The notes below the pieces were generated by a model. The model saw only the letters and a list, made by a program, of their open reading frames with translations, was not told the origin of the DNA and made no database searches. The position numbers were made by a program, and so were the translations under genes. DNA of 64,000 nucleotides from an archaeon (GTDB lineage Archaea; Aenigmatarchaeota; Aenigmatarchaeia; QMZP01; JAFGSV01): assembly GCA_028279705.1 (NCBI GenBank), contig JANQNF010000005.1, positions 2,688 to 66,687 on the forward strand, read 5' to 3'. Shown here piece after piece: positions 39,122 to 49,016 of this stretch; the stretch's first letter is position 1, and each line of letters starts with the position of its first letter.

Positions 39122-40723
39122 ATGGGACTAGACAATACCAGCAAGAAGCTCCAGGAAATCCTGGCAGATCCAGTACGTTTCACAAAGATGTGCTGGCCAA
39201 AGATCAAGCTCTACGATCGTCAGCAAGAAGTTCTTTATTCTGTACGAGACAATATTGAAACGTTCGTACACGCTGCTAATGAAGTGGGTAAGGACTTTAT
39301 TGCCAGTATCGCGGTCGTGTGGTTCTATGCCAGCCGGACTCCATGCAAAGTCGTAACCAGCAGTTCTGGTGAAACCCAACTCAAGTCAATTCTCTGGGGA
39401 GAAATAAACGAGCGCATAGAAACCAGCCGGTTTGAGTTTCCTTTTGAAGTCAAAGACCTACGCATCTACAAGGTTAATTCAGAAGGAAAGAGAGATCCCA
39501 GGTCGTATGTTATTGGGCAAGTGACCAAGGTAGTTGAAAACTTCCAAGGACATCACTTACCTCATGACAAGCCCAGAGTCCTTGCTGTGTTTGATGAAGC
39601 CTCTGGTATTGCTGACCCGTTCTATGAAGCTTGTGAATCATGGGCACACAGGAAGTTGATTATTGGTAACCCGCTCAGCACAACCAACTTCTTTTTCCGA
39701 GGTTGCAAGAAAGGTGATGAGGAAGACCCTGCTGAAAGCGGTGGATTGCTGAAGAAGGTAATTCATATTGACGGCTTAGATAGTCCGAATGTCAAGGTCG
39801 GTAAGAAATGTGAGGAGCTCGGTGTTAAACGGCCTCACCCGATTGTTGTTCCTGGTGTGCTCAGCTACGATGAATACCTACGACGTTCACACAAGTGGGA
39901 TCACGTCAAACGAACCATGCGACTGGATGGACACTTCTACGAAGGTGAAGGAGCCTTACTATTCCCACCTGACTGGTTAGACCTGTGTGAAGAACTGTAC
40001 AAGATCCTCAACCCTTATGGCTACGATACACCCTACAGGAGAGTCATCAACGGCGAAACCCGGAAAGCCAAAGGTATGGGAGTTGACACCGGTGCTGGAC
40101 GTGACTTATCCTGCTGGAGTATTGTTGACAAGCTGGGACTAATTGAACAGATAACGTTAGAAACACCCAACACAATGGAAGTCGCGTCACAGACCATCAG
40201 CCTGATGAGGGACTACGATTTGGAACCCCATGAAATCGTGTTTGATGCTGGTGGTGGAGGTAAGCAGATATCCGACCGGCTAATTGAACAAGGATATAAC
40301 GTTCGTGCTGTGTACTTCGCTGGTTCCCCAAGTCCAGAACGTACCAAGAAGAAGTTATCCACGGCCGAAAAGAAGGATGATGACCAGACCAAACAGGTGT
40401 ACAAGAACAAGCGAGCTGAGCTGTACGGTATAGCCAGCGAACTGTGTGATCCGGGATTGTGCGAAGAATACAATCGTCCTGTGTTTACAATCCCAGAAGA
40501 CCTATACCATTTGCGCCAAGAACTTGCTATAATGCCGAAGCAATACGACAGCGAAGGCAGAATGTTTTTACCACCGAAAGAACGACCTCCCGGTAACAAG
40601 AACCCTGATCTGGTTGTTATTAAGGAAATACTTGGAAGAAGTCCAGACCGTGCAGACAGTCTTTGTTTAGGAATGTATGCTATGGAAGAGTCTGGAGCAC
40701 CACGAGTAGCAGGAGCAGTGTAA
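39122..40723 (+). CDS. terL: Terminase large subunit
   Basis: Q-motif LYDRQ, Walker A HAANEVGKD, Walker B VFDEA, coupling IGNP, nuclease GVDTG...SPDRADS. Confidence 0.92.
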   Translation: MGLDNTSKKLQEILADPVRFTKMCWPKIKLYDRQQEVLYSVRDNIETFVHAANEVGKDFIASIAVVWFYASRTPCKVVTSSSGETQLKSILWGEINERIETSRFEFPFEVKDLRIYKVNSEGKRDPRSYVIGQVTKVVENFQGHHLPHDKPRVLAVFDEASGIADPFYEACESWAHRKLIIGNPLSTTNFFFRGCKKGDEEDPAESGGLLKKVIHIDGLDSPNVKVGKKCEELGVKRPHPIVVPGVLSYDEYLRRSHKWDHVKRTMRLDGHFYEGEGALLFPPDWLDLCEELYKILNPYGYDTPYRRVINGETRKAKGMGVDTGAGRDLSCWSIVDKLGLIEQITLETPNTMEVASQTISLMRDYDLEPHEIVFDAGGGGKQISDRLIEQGYNVRAVYFAGSPSPERTKKKLSTAEKKDDDQTKQVYKNKRAELYGIASELCDPGLCEEYNRPVFTIPEDLYHLRQELAIMPKQYDSEGRMFLPPKERPPGNKNPDLVVIKEILGRSPDRADSLCLGMYAMEESGAPRVAGAV

Positions 40724-40929
40724 TGACCGGACCACGTCCAAGCGTAGGTAGCGCTGAAGAGACTTCTAGGACTTGCCTCAAGTGCTTGAATTCCTTCATG
40801 AGCAATCTACCAAAATCAGAGAAGCGTATATGCCCAACGTGCGAGAGATCCAACAAGCGCATCGTTGGGAACTCACATGAGCCAAGATCTAAAGTGGTCC
40901 TAGGCTCCAAAACTAATCTTCCTACATAA
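40723..40929 (+). CDS. Small Zn-ribbon protein
   Basis: CLKC...CPTC; TAATG coupling. Confidence 0.55.
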   Translation: MTGPRPSVGSAEETSRTCLKCLNSFMSNLPKSEKRICPTCERSNKRIVGNSHEPRSKVVLGSKTNLPT

Positions 40930-40940
40930 GGAACTTACAG

Positions 40941-41195
40941 ATGGCCAAGGATATCGACCTCCGTCCTACCAAGGACAAAGCCGATAATGAACTTTCAACC
41001 AAGCAGCGCAAGATCCGTGAGCAAGAACAGGAAGCTGCCAGCCGGTTGAAGGGCATGAAGTTCACCGTTGAAATCGAAGTACCACCGCAAGAAGGTGGTC
41101 GTATGTGCAATTTCCACCAGATCGCTGCGTGCTGCACTGCTCAATTCAACAAGGTGATGTCAGAGAAAGTCAACGACTACCTGTCGCAAGAGTAA
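40941..41195 (+). CDS. Hypothetical protein
   Basis: AAGGA RBS. Confidence 0.6.
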   Translation: MAKDIDLRPTKDKADNELSTKQRKIREQEQEAASRLKGMKFTVEIEVPPQEGGRMCNFHQIAACCTAQFNKVMSEKVNDYLSQE

Positions 41196-41199
41196 CGTC

Positions 41200-41895
41200 A
41201 TGGGAATGGTACATAAATTCGGCGCTAATGATGATGTTGACACTGGTTCAGACCCTGAAGATATTTGGGATGTCGGTGGACTGTATTCGTTTCTTAGTGC
41301 CGCGAGTACTTCTTTTGAAGTCTCGTCCGACGATGCTAACGACACGGCTGCTGGAAGTGGAGCTCAGTCAGTCTGTGTAGTAGGGTGTGATGAAAACTAT
41401 CAGCAGGTGACGGAGACCGTTGCTACAAATGGAGTTACTCCTGTCAGTCTGTCTTCTAGTTTTTACAGAGTCTTCAGAGCTTACGTTATTGACGTAGGAG
41501 CTGGTGGAGTCAATGCTGGTAATATTGACATCGCAATCGGTGCTACTGTGTACGCCAGGATTTCGGCAGGTAAAGGTCAAACCCTTATGGCGATTTACAC
41601 TGTTAGCGAAAAAGGTGGATTACTCAAAAACTATCACGCCTCGCTCGCCCGGCAAAGTAATGGAGCAGCAACGATCGATCTTATGACCCGCGAACCTGGG
41701 AAGTCTTGGCGAGTACGGGACGAAGTTGGGTTGCATTCTTCCGGTGGACCTTGGTCTTATGACTTTGGTGAACCAAGTGATCAGGAAGGGATTGTACTTC
41801 CTGCGGGCACAGACGTCAAACTCACCGTAGCAGAAGTCACTGCTAATAACACAACCGTAGCGGCAGGATTTAAGATACGGGAACATTATAGGTAG
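41200..41895 (+). CDS. Putative virion structural (beta-rich) protein
   Basis: Gly/Ser/Thr/Val-rich; KFG.N..VDT...EDIW..GG.Y motif seen in phage structural proteins. Confidence 0.55.
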   Translation: MGMVHKFGANDDVDTGSDPEDIWDVGGLYSFLSAASTSFEVSSDDANDTAAGSGAQSVCVVGCDENYQQVTETVATNGVTPVSLSSSFYRVFRAYVIDVGAGGVNAGNIDIAIGATVYARISAGKGQTLMAIYTVSEKGGLLKNYHASLARQSNGAATIDLMTREPGKSWRVRDEVGLHSSGGPWSYDFGEPSDQEGIVLPAGTDVKLTVAEVTANNTTVAAGFKIREHYR

Positions 41896-41901
41896 TTTAC
41901 C

Positions 41902-43539
41902 ATGAGTGAACAAGAAACCAAACGAATGGCTGAAGCTCTCTTAAATGAGGACAGTTACGTTAATGGGGCGTCCAATGGACACGTTCAAGAAGAGCCTGCG
42001 CTGAACATGCGTGATATGGCTTTTCTTTTGAATGAGGTCTTCACATCCCGAACCAAGCTCATGGATAACCTGTTCGACTCCCGTCGAGACATTGATACTG
42101 AGTGCGGTTACCCAAAAACAATCACAGCCGAACAGTTCCGTACTATGTACGAGCGGAACGGTATTGCTGAGCGGGTGGTCAATGTATACCCTGAGGAAAC
42201 TTGGGGGATGGATCCCGTTGTCAAAGAAAATGACAAGGTCAAGGAAACGGACTTTGAGAAAAGCTGGCGCGAGTTAGAGGAAGAGCTTGGCCTGTATGCT
42301 TTTATGGAACGGGCTGACGAACTCAGCGGTATCGGCCGATACGGGGTGATGTTGTTAGGCTTCGACGACGGTCGTGACCTTAAGGAACCGCTACCAGGAC
42401 TCAAGAAAGATGGAACGTTCAGGGAAAACAACAAACCGTTGAAGCTTCTATATGTGCGTACCTTCGATGAAGAATCAGCCAAGGTCAGTAAGTTCAATTC
42501 TGACAAGAACAATCCTCGGTACGGATATCCTGAGGAATACGATATCAAGTTCTTGGAGTACAGTGCTGAACAAACTTCAGAAGGCGGAGAGGCTGTTACA
42601 ACCCAACAGAAAGTCCACTGGAGTCGTATCATCCATATAGCAGACAACCGCAAGAATAGCGAAGTGTTTGCTACCCCCCGACAACAGCCTGTATGGAACC
42701 GGCTGTACGATATTCGTAAGATGTTGGGCGGTTCGGGTGAGATGTACTGGCGTGGAGCATTCCCAGGCATCAGTCTAGAAACGATGCCCGGCTTTGAAGA
42801 TGCTAAGATCGATACAACCACGACCAAGGAACGTATGCAAGACTATATGAACGGTCTTCAGCGTTATATGCTCAATATCGGTATGACTGCCAAGTCACTA
42901 CCCCCGCAAGTGGAAAGTCCTCGAGACTTCTTACTGGTACAACTCCAAGCCATCACAATCACAATCAAAGTTCCGTTGCGTATCTTCTTGGGTAGCGAGG
43001 CCGCGCAATTAGCTTCAGGGCAGGATACCCGTAACTTCAATCGGAGGATTAAACGACGTCAACACAAATACGTAAGCCCGTTTATCATCAAACCATTTGT
43101 TGAACGGCTTATCCAAGTCAAAGCAATTATTGCTCCTTCCGAAACAACAGAGGGAGGCCGACCTAAATTTGAAGTAGACTGGCCTGATATTGATGTTCCT
43201 ACTGAAAAGGACCAAGCAGAGATTGGTGACAAGTGGGCAGCAGCTTTGCAGAAGTACGTTACTTCAGGAATTGAAAAACTCGTGCCCCCACTCGAGTTCC
43301 TTACAATGTTCCTCGGTGTTCCTAAAGACCGGGCCAAAGTCATTGTAGACACGGCTAAGAAGAACAAAGAAAAAGACAAATTAACTGTTGATCCTGCGCC
43401 GGACCCTTCTAACGAGGGTGGTCAGTTTGATCCAGATGGAAACAAAGCTGCAAACATGGGTCAGCGAAACGACAAGAAGAATGCAAGCAAGAAAGATGTA
43501 AGCAAACTTCCTGGCGACAAGAAAGTAGACGCAACATAA
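41902..43539 (+). CDS. Portal protein (DUF1073-type)
   Basis: YERNGIAERVV, GIGRYGVMLLG, NPRYGYP..Y, VHWSRIIH, VPLRIFLG; position after terL. Confidence 0.88.
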   Translation: MSEQETKRMAEALLNEDSYVNGASNGHVQEEPALNMRDMAFLLNEVFTSRTKLMDNLFDSRRDIDTECGYPKTITAEQFRTMYERNGIAERVVNVYPEETWGMDPVVKENDKVKETDFEKSWRELEEELGLYAFMERADELSGIGRYGVMLLGFDDGRDLKEPLPGLKKDGTFRENNKPLKLLYVRTFDEESAKVSKFNSDKNNPRYGYPEEYDIKFLEYSAEQTSEGGEAVTTQQKVHWSRIIHIADNRKNSEVFATPRQQPVWNRLYDIRKMLGGSGEMYWRGAFPGISLETMPGFEDAKIDTTTTKERMQDYMNGLQRYMLNIGMTAKSLPPQVESPRDFLLVQLQAITITIKVPLRIFLGSEAAQLASGQDTRNFNRRIKRRQHKYVSPFIIKPFVERLIQVKAIIAPSETTEGGRPKFEVDWPDIDVPTEKDQAEIGDKWAAALQKYVTSGIEKLVPPLEFLTMFLGVPKDRAKVIVDTAKKNKEKDKLTVDPAPDPSNEGGQFDPDGNKAANMGQRNDKKNASKKDVSKLPGDKKVDAT

Positions 43540-43549
43540 GGAGCTTTTT

Positions 43550-44307
43550 GTGGCAGTAATCCTTGACACACCAAACAGTGAGGATCAAGTATCCTCCACT
43601 GTGACTATGACCGGACCTGCAACGTTTCAAGTATCTGGTACGTTTGCAGGATCGGAAGAAATCATTGCCGAGTGTCGTAAGACATCAGGCTCAGTAACTG
43701 ATTGGTATCCAATTGCTGAGTTGTCGTTGATCAATGGTCCTGGTCCTGTTAATATCACGTTGTACGGGATGGACCTCCGATTCAGACTAAACGACTTTGT
43801 AAGCGGGACCACGGAAGTTAAAATAGAGGATTAGTAATGTCAAACGACTTATATATTCCTCGGTCATCGATCAACCCACCAATCAGGATGCCGGTGATAA
43901 GAACCTGTCGTTGCAATCCCGCAGCGTTTTCGCCGATAGGACCTGAATTAATCACCAACGGAACTTTCGATGGACAGAGTTCTTCAGGTTGGACGTTACA
44001 AGCTACGTGGTCGGTGAGTGTTTCTGATAAACTTTCAGGCTTGACTGACTTCATTTCAACCTATTATGCAACCCACGATACAGTCCAGTTCGTTGCTGGA
44101 CGTTTGTACAAAGTGCAGTTTGATGTGGATGCAATAGGTGGTGGAGGATTCAACCTACAAATAGGTGGATCCACCGTTTACTCTTTTGCATCAACAGGAA
44201 CTCACACACAGAACATTGTGCCAACCGTAACCGGAGTTCTCCGGTTTGAAAAACTCAGTAATCGAAATATCACACTGGATAATATTTCAGTTCGAGAACT
44301 GTTTTAA
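43550..44307 (+). other. Two small beta-rich putative structural genes (43550-43834, 43837-44307)
   Basis: The second has GPELITNGTFD...W...LDNISVRE (carbohydrate-binding-like fold). Confidence 0.55.
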
Positions 44308-44373
44308 CAAGGAACCGAGTAGAAGACCGTCCCCCCTTCTCTCACCGTAAACAAAAGAAGGGAATCACCAACT

Positions 44374-44649
44374 ATGCTGATAGGAGAAATCACCGTGGCA
44401 GAAACCATTCAAGCGGTGATGCTGGTCATAATGACCATTATCTGTGGTAGTGGGATTCCTTGGGCGTTTCAGGTAGGCAAGAGACTAGCTAGTATCGAAG
44501 CCACAATAAAGGAAGGTATCGAACAGAAATTTGCCAACGTTGAAAACCGTCTGGAATCGCACAGTAACAAACTCAACAAACTACACGAAGAACACACCGA
44601 TTTGAAAGTCGAACTAGCAAAAATCGGTAAAGGAGAAAAAGATGTTTAG
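44374..44649 (+). CDS. Membrane protein with coiled coil (lysis-cassette type)
   Basis: One TM helix then a heptad repeat. Confidence 0.6.
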   Translation: MLIGEITVAETIQAVMLVIMTIICGSGIPWAFQVGKRLASIEATIKEGIEQKFANVENRLESHSNKLNKLHEEHTDLKVELAKIGKGEKDV

Positions 44650-44854
44650 AAAAGCAATTGTTAATTGGAAAACAACCGTAGGGGGCATAATTGCCGCCGT
44701 GGCTGTTATCCTAAACGAAGTCAATCTGTTTTTCGACAATGATGCTGCCACCAACCCGGACTGGAACATTGTTGTCGCCGCAGTCGCTGCCATCTGGGTA
44801 GCGTTGAATATTCGGGATGCTGACAAATCATCCCAAGACAACGAGATTCGTTAA
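44642..44854 (+). CDS. Putative holin
   Basis: 70 aa, NWKTTVGG, two TM helices, charged C-terminus RDADK. Confidence 0.65.
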   Translation: MFRKAIVNWKTTVGGIIAAVAVILNEVNLFFDNDAATNPDWNIVVAAVAAIWVALNIRDADKSSQDNEIR

Positions 44855-44898
44855 TGTCTCGTTAAATTGTTTCTCATTAACTTTGGAAGGAGAGTAAC

Positions 44899-45459
44899 GT
44901 GAGAAATCTGTTTGTTGCGATTATCGCAAGTTTGATGTTCGTTCCGTGTGTAAGCGGTCAAGATGATCTACTGGCAAAAGAACTCGACAGTATTGAAGCT
45001 CAATACAACGAGAGCCAGGAACAGTCCAAGGAAGATAACTCAACCCTCAAGAAAGTCAGTACACCAATCCCACAGGAGGAAGCCGCTCAAGGTACGTTCC
45101 ACCGTACTGTGATCAAAGCAGCTAGGAACAAAGTCAAGTCCGGCGAACTCAGCCGACGGGACTTCATGCGCCTTCGTATTGCCATGATGTCTCCGGCCTT
45201 CCGGGCGCACGCGGAAGACTTTGCCGTCATCCAAATGGCGTTTTCCGATTCGGAGAATGTTCCTGTTACAGAAGACGGTGGAGTTGACCGGACTGCAATT
45301 GACTGGGACGCAATTATTGCGTTCATTGAGAAGTTGATCCCACTGCTGATTCAGATCATCGACATATTTTCACAGATGGGAATGGACACGTCCCACCTGT
45401 ATGACACGCTTCATGCTTGTCTTTTCACTTTGGATCACGCTAAGGCACAGCAAGGATGA
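44899..45459 (+). CDS. Secreted/membrane protein
   Basis: Signal peptide; C-terminal amphipathic IDWDAIIAFIEKLIPLLIQII. Confidence 0.6.
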   Translation: MRNLFVAIIASLMFVPCVSGQDDLLAKELDSIEAQYNESQEQSKEDNSTLKKVSTPIPQEEAAQGTFHRTVIKAARNKVKSGELSRRDFMRLRIAMMSPAFRAHAEDFAVIQMAFSDSENVPVTEDGGVDRTAIDWDAIIAFIEKLIPLLIQIIDIFSQMGMDTSHLYDTLHACLFTLDHAKAQQG

Positions 45460-46481
45460 TCATCATGTGTAACGAACGTTTAACAATTGAGGAGCTCACA
45501 CAAGACCAGCTCCTACGTGTAAGAACGTGGGAAGACCAGTCTGGTGTACAGGTCCTGGAACTTGAGCGCAACGAAAATGATAAGCTCAGACCTACCCTTA
45601 TCAACGGAAGACAAGTTGATCGTGACGGGTGGCGCGAGGTTGTCAGAATCGGTAATCGTTCTTGCACAGGAACTATTGTCGGCCGGAATGCAGTAATCAC
45701 TGCTGCTCATTGTGGTCGTAATAACAGCCGGAGCACTCTAGAAGTGTTCAAGGACGGTTCACTAGTCCGGTACAACTACCGAATGTTCCATCATCCCCGT
45801 TATCGTGGGCAATCGAACTGGGACATTGCAGTGTTAGCGCTGGACAACGATATCGAGGACGTCTTCTACGCGATTGCTGGAGTCAACTACAACTTCAGGC
45901 AAGGAGCAGAAGTTGACATTCTCGGTTACGGGTGTACGCGACCAGGAGGTGGAGGAGGAAACGATGGCATCCTTCGCTTCGGTGAATCACGAGTTGTGAA
46001 TTTCACTGGAACGGATGTTATCACATCCCACCGTCCTAGCGGAGCGGCTCTTTGCTTTGGTGACAGCGGTGGTCCAATGTTCGCGGACACGTCCGACGCT
46101 TCATTGGAAGACCACAATACGCTAATTGCGGTCAACAGCAAAGGTAACATCCGTGACACGAACTACAATCTACGGCTAGACTATGATGGTGTCGGTGAAT
46201 GGTTGGAGTCAATTGCGAATGCCCGTGATCTGGAAATCTACGGGGTCAATGCTCAACCTGATGAGCCAGATCCCAACCCGGATCCAGACCCAGATCCTGA
46301 TCCAAACCCAGATCCACAGGACCCGTGCGAAGTCTGGGCTCAACTCGCCAAGCAACACCGGGAAACTGCTTTGTACTGGGAGCGTCAAGCTGAGAAGTAC
46401 GAACAGATGTCCGGCAATGGTTGCGGCGGCGACAAACCAAATCCACCGAACGATCCAAGTGATGATCTGTTCGGGCTTTAA
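45456..46481 (+). CDS. Trypsin-like (S1) serine protease with Pro/Asp linker
   Basis: Catalytic triad TAAHC, WDIAV, GDSGGP; (DP)n linker at ~46258-46325. Confidence 0.92.
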   Translation: MIIMCNERLTIEELTQDQLLRVRTWEDQSGVQVLELERNENDKLRPTLINGRQVDRDGWREVVRIGNRSCTGTIVGRNAVITAAHCGRNNSRSTLEVFKDGSLVRYNYRMFHHPRYRGQSNWDIAVLALDNDIEDVFYAIAGVNYNFRQGAEVDILGYGCTRPGGGGGNDGILRFGESRVVNFTGTDVITSHRPSGAALCFGDSGGPMFADTSDASLEDHNTLIAVNSKGNIRDTNYNLRLDYDGVGEWLESIANARDLEIYGVNAQPDEPDPNPDPDPDPDPNPDPQDPCEVWAQLAKQHRETALYWERQAEKYEQMSGNGCGGDKPNPPNDPSDDLFGL

Positions 46482-46494
46482 CAAGGAGGAGAAG

Positions 46495-47166
46495 ATGAGA
46501 ACCTTCTACACTTTGATCACACTTGTGATCTTCGCTCTGTGTCTTGGTCCACAAGCGCAGGGCACTGAACTGTACGGTTTGGGTGATGAACCCGAATCAG
46601 TAACAACTGTTGAACCTCAACCTGATCTGTTCGGTCTTGAAGATCAAGGCTCAGACCAGTTCCTGGGTTACTTGTTTCAACAGCAATGTACCGACCTCAA
46701 CGGTGACGGTATTTGTGACCAGACTGGTCAACCTATGTTTCGCTCACGCATTCTTTCTCCCAGAAGGACGTTCAGTAACAACGATCTTTTTGGAATGAAT
46801 GGCGTAGTGGTTACTAGGATTGAACCAATTCCGGAAGCTAATATCTTTCCTGTTAGGTCTGTGGTCAACCAGTGGGTGTGCCCTTCGGGTAGGCACCTGC
46901 ACACAGAATGGTCTGACGGAAGTAAAACGGTCCAAGACCGATCAGTGGTTACGAGTAGAACCTGGAGTAACGTGAACTCATGGGACACCGGATGGACGCC
47001 TACGAGTTCGTGGGATATGGATGGTGAAGAGTATACTCGTACTCGAAGGAACGCAGTCTACAGCAAAGAGACTGGTAGGTTCCATAGGCGTAACGGTCGG
47101 GCAGTCCTGTTCGACGGTCAGGGTTGGTGGTTAGGAAAAGCCTTCGGGCTTGCTCCACGCCGCTAA
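46495..47166 (+). CDS. Secreted protein
   Basis: AGGAGG RBS; signal peptide MRTFYTLITLVIFALCLG; DLNGDG loop. Confidence 0.6.
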   Translation: MRTFYTLITLVIFALCLGPQAQGTELYGLGDEPESVTTVEPQPDLFGLEDQGSDQFLGYLFQQQCTDLNGDGICDQTGQPMFRSRILSPRRTFSNNDLFGMNGVVVTRIEPIPEANIFPVRSVVNQWVCPSGRHLHTEWSDGSKTVQDRSVVTSRTWSNVNSWDTGWTPTSSWDMDGEEYTRTRRNAVYSKETGRFHRRNGRAVLFDGQGWWLGKAFGLAPRR

Positions 47167-47263
47167 CCATAGCGAATCAGGGAAGAGTGATGTTATTGGA
47201 GCAACATCATTCGTGAGAGTTCTGGGGACAGGGATGGTCCCCTCCCCCACCGGGAGTGATTGA

Positions 47264-48565
47264 ATGGGTATTAAAGTAGGATCTTTTAATAAGTCCATCC
47301 TACCGGCAACCACGACTAATGTCATAACCGGTCTAGGGTTCGAGCCAGAGTCCTTGATTATTATGATGACAGGTGTTGTTGCTGGAAGTGAAAATGCTCC
47401 TCAAGGAGAAGATGTTCTTCAGTGTGTAGGTTTTAGTGACGGAACAAACCATAGATGTGTTTTTGGTGGATCAGAAGACGGACAACTTACGTCGGACACA
47501 AACCGATACAAGGACCCAGACCAAGTTCTTGCTCTTTATGATCTGGCTGATAATTTAATCTGTGAAGGAACTGTGGCCTTTGATTCTGACGGATTCACAA
47601 TTACTTGGACCACCAATGATGCTAATGCCTATGTCATCAAATATTGGGCTTCGTCTCTTGGGTGCGAAGTAGGAACTCTAGTTCTATCATCCGGAACAGG
47701 TTCTATAACGAAGTCAACAACTAATGTTCCTAAAGCTTTGATGTTTCTTACAGGTAGGAGTACTACTGAGAATTCAATTCTTAGTAATAACTACACGAAT
47801 CTAGGATTTGCCACTGGTACAGCTAATGAAACAGCCCTAACTTCTAGGGATCGAAGTGGTAGAACTTCCATGGACTGTGAACGGTCTTTTTATAACAGTC
47901 GTTGTATTGTGTGTCAGGATTTAGCAGGAACCGCTCTAGATCACGCTGTGGAGTTTACTAGCTTTGATAGTGGCCCAAATGGATTCACGCTTAATAAAGT
48001 TCAATCTGATGCTGAAATAGACGTTTACTATATCGCCTTCTATGAAGGTACTTGGGAAGCAGGATCTGGTACTTCACCGACATCAGCAGGAACAAAAGCT
48101 TTTACGACCAGCTTTGAACCCGACGCCTTATTGGTGTTCGGGAATCATTTGAATACAGTAAACAGCAATGCTACTGGTGGAGGCCCGTTCCTTGGTATGA
48201 TGGATGGTACTACTCAAGGAGCTATTGTATGGTCTTCTCGTCATGCAGCAGGGACTAGTGAAGTCTGGGAGGGAACTTATAACGATGCTGTGTACGTATC
48301 TATTGCAGGTAATGGAGGAGCGGAACAAGTAGTAGCTGACTGGGATTCGTTCAACGCAACGGATTTCACCTTAGACTTTACGACTGTTGATGCTTCAGCT
48401 AGATACTTCGGTTGGCTTGCAGTTAAAGATGAAGACGTGCCGGTACTAGGGACACAACACAAAGCAGGGGAGCTTGTCCCCTACTGCCTATCACCTATGG
48501 GTGGAGGCACTGTACATCCAATTGGGCGCAATAATCGCGCAGAGGAACACATCAAAGCTCTTTAG
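47264..48565 (+). CDS. Virion structural protein with internal repeats
   Basis: Three repeats of GxF/T...T...F.P..L...DGFTL.W/F; Ser/Thr/Gly-rich. Confidence 0.65.
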   Translation: MGIKVGSFNKSILPATTTNVITGLGFEPESLIIMMTGVVAGSENAPQGEDVLQCVGFSDGTNHRCVFGGSEDGQLTSDTNRYKDPDQVLALYDLADNLICEGTVAFDSDGFTITWTTNDANAYVIKYWASSLGCEVGTLVLSSGTGSITKSTTNVPKALMFLTGRSTTENSILSNNYTNLGFATGTANETALTSRDRSGRTSMDCERSFYNSRCIVCQDLAGTALDHAVEFTSFDSGPNGFTLNKVQSDAEIDVYYIAFYEGTWEAGSGTSPTSAGTKAFTTSFEPDALLVFGNHLNTVNSNATGGGPFLGMMDGTTQGAIVWSSRHAAGTSEVWEGTYNDAVYVSIAGNGGAEQVVADWDSFNATDFTLDFTTVDASARYFGWLAVKDEDVPVLGTQHKAGELVPYCLSPMGGGTVHPIGRNNRAEEHIKAL

Positions 48566-48577
48566 TGGGGTTTATAA

Positions 48578-48898
48578 ATGGGCGCTGTATGGACTGCACA
48601 AACATCAGACGCTACTTCGTCTGAATTTGATATGGATGCCAGCCCTAAGCAAATCCAATTCGTTGGTGATCTTAAGGCTAATGGCGTTCTACAATGTCAA
48701 CGATCCACACGGACTAGTCAGTGGGTTGTTGTACGTGAGTGGAAAGCAGACAACACCGGGGACGGGACTCTTGCCGTTGATGAGTTGTTATACGGGGAAG
48801 TTGTTTCTCCTAACAACAACAAAGTCAGGTTCGTAGTCACAGGTATAACAGGGGTCAGCGGAGCCACTGTTACCGGGGATTTTGGCGGGAACTATTAA
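48578..48898 (+). CDS. Hypothetical structural protein
   Basis: Beta-rich, 106 aa. Confidence 0.55.
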   Translation: MGAVWTAQTSDATSSEFDMDASPKQIQFVGDLKANGVLQCQRSTRTSQWVVVREWKADNTGDGTLAVDELLYGEVVSPNNNKVRFVVTGITGVSGATVTGDFGGNY

Positions 48899-48924
48899 CC
48901 CCCAAAATTTTTAGGATTACCCCC

Positions 48925-48953
48925 TTGTTTTCTGACCAGACCCCTCGTACAAT
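48925..48953 (+). promoter_or_regulatory. sigma70-type promoter upstream of the head genes
   Basis: TTGTTT-N17-TACAAT. Confidence 0.5.
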
Positions 48954-49016
48954 GTCCCAGGACCAAATTCGTGGGAAACGAGGGTTTTCAAAACGAAGGC
49001 ACTATGGAGGCCAAAC

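Noticed and set aside
41902-43539. Anti-CBASS Acb1 annotation sometimes attached to this family
   Set aside because: Size, motifs and position identify a portal; no 2H phosphoesterase HxT pair is evident.
46618-46635. QPDLF as a beta-clamp-binding motif
   Set aside because: The protein has a signal peptide and lies in the late module, so access to the clamp is unlikely.
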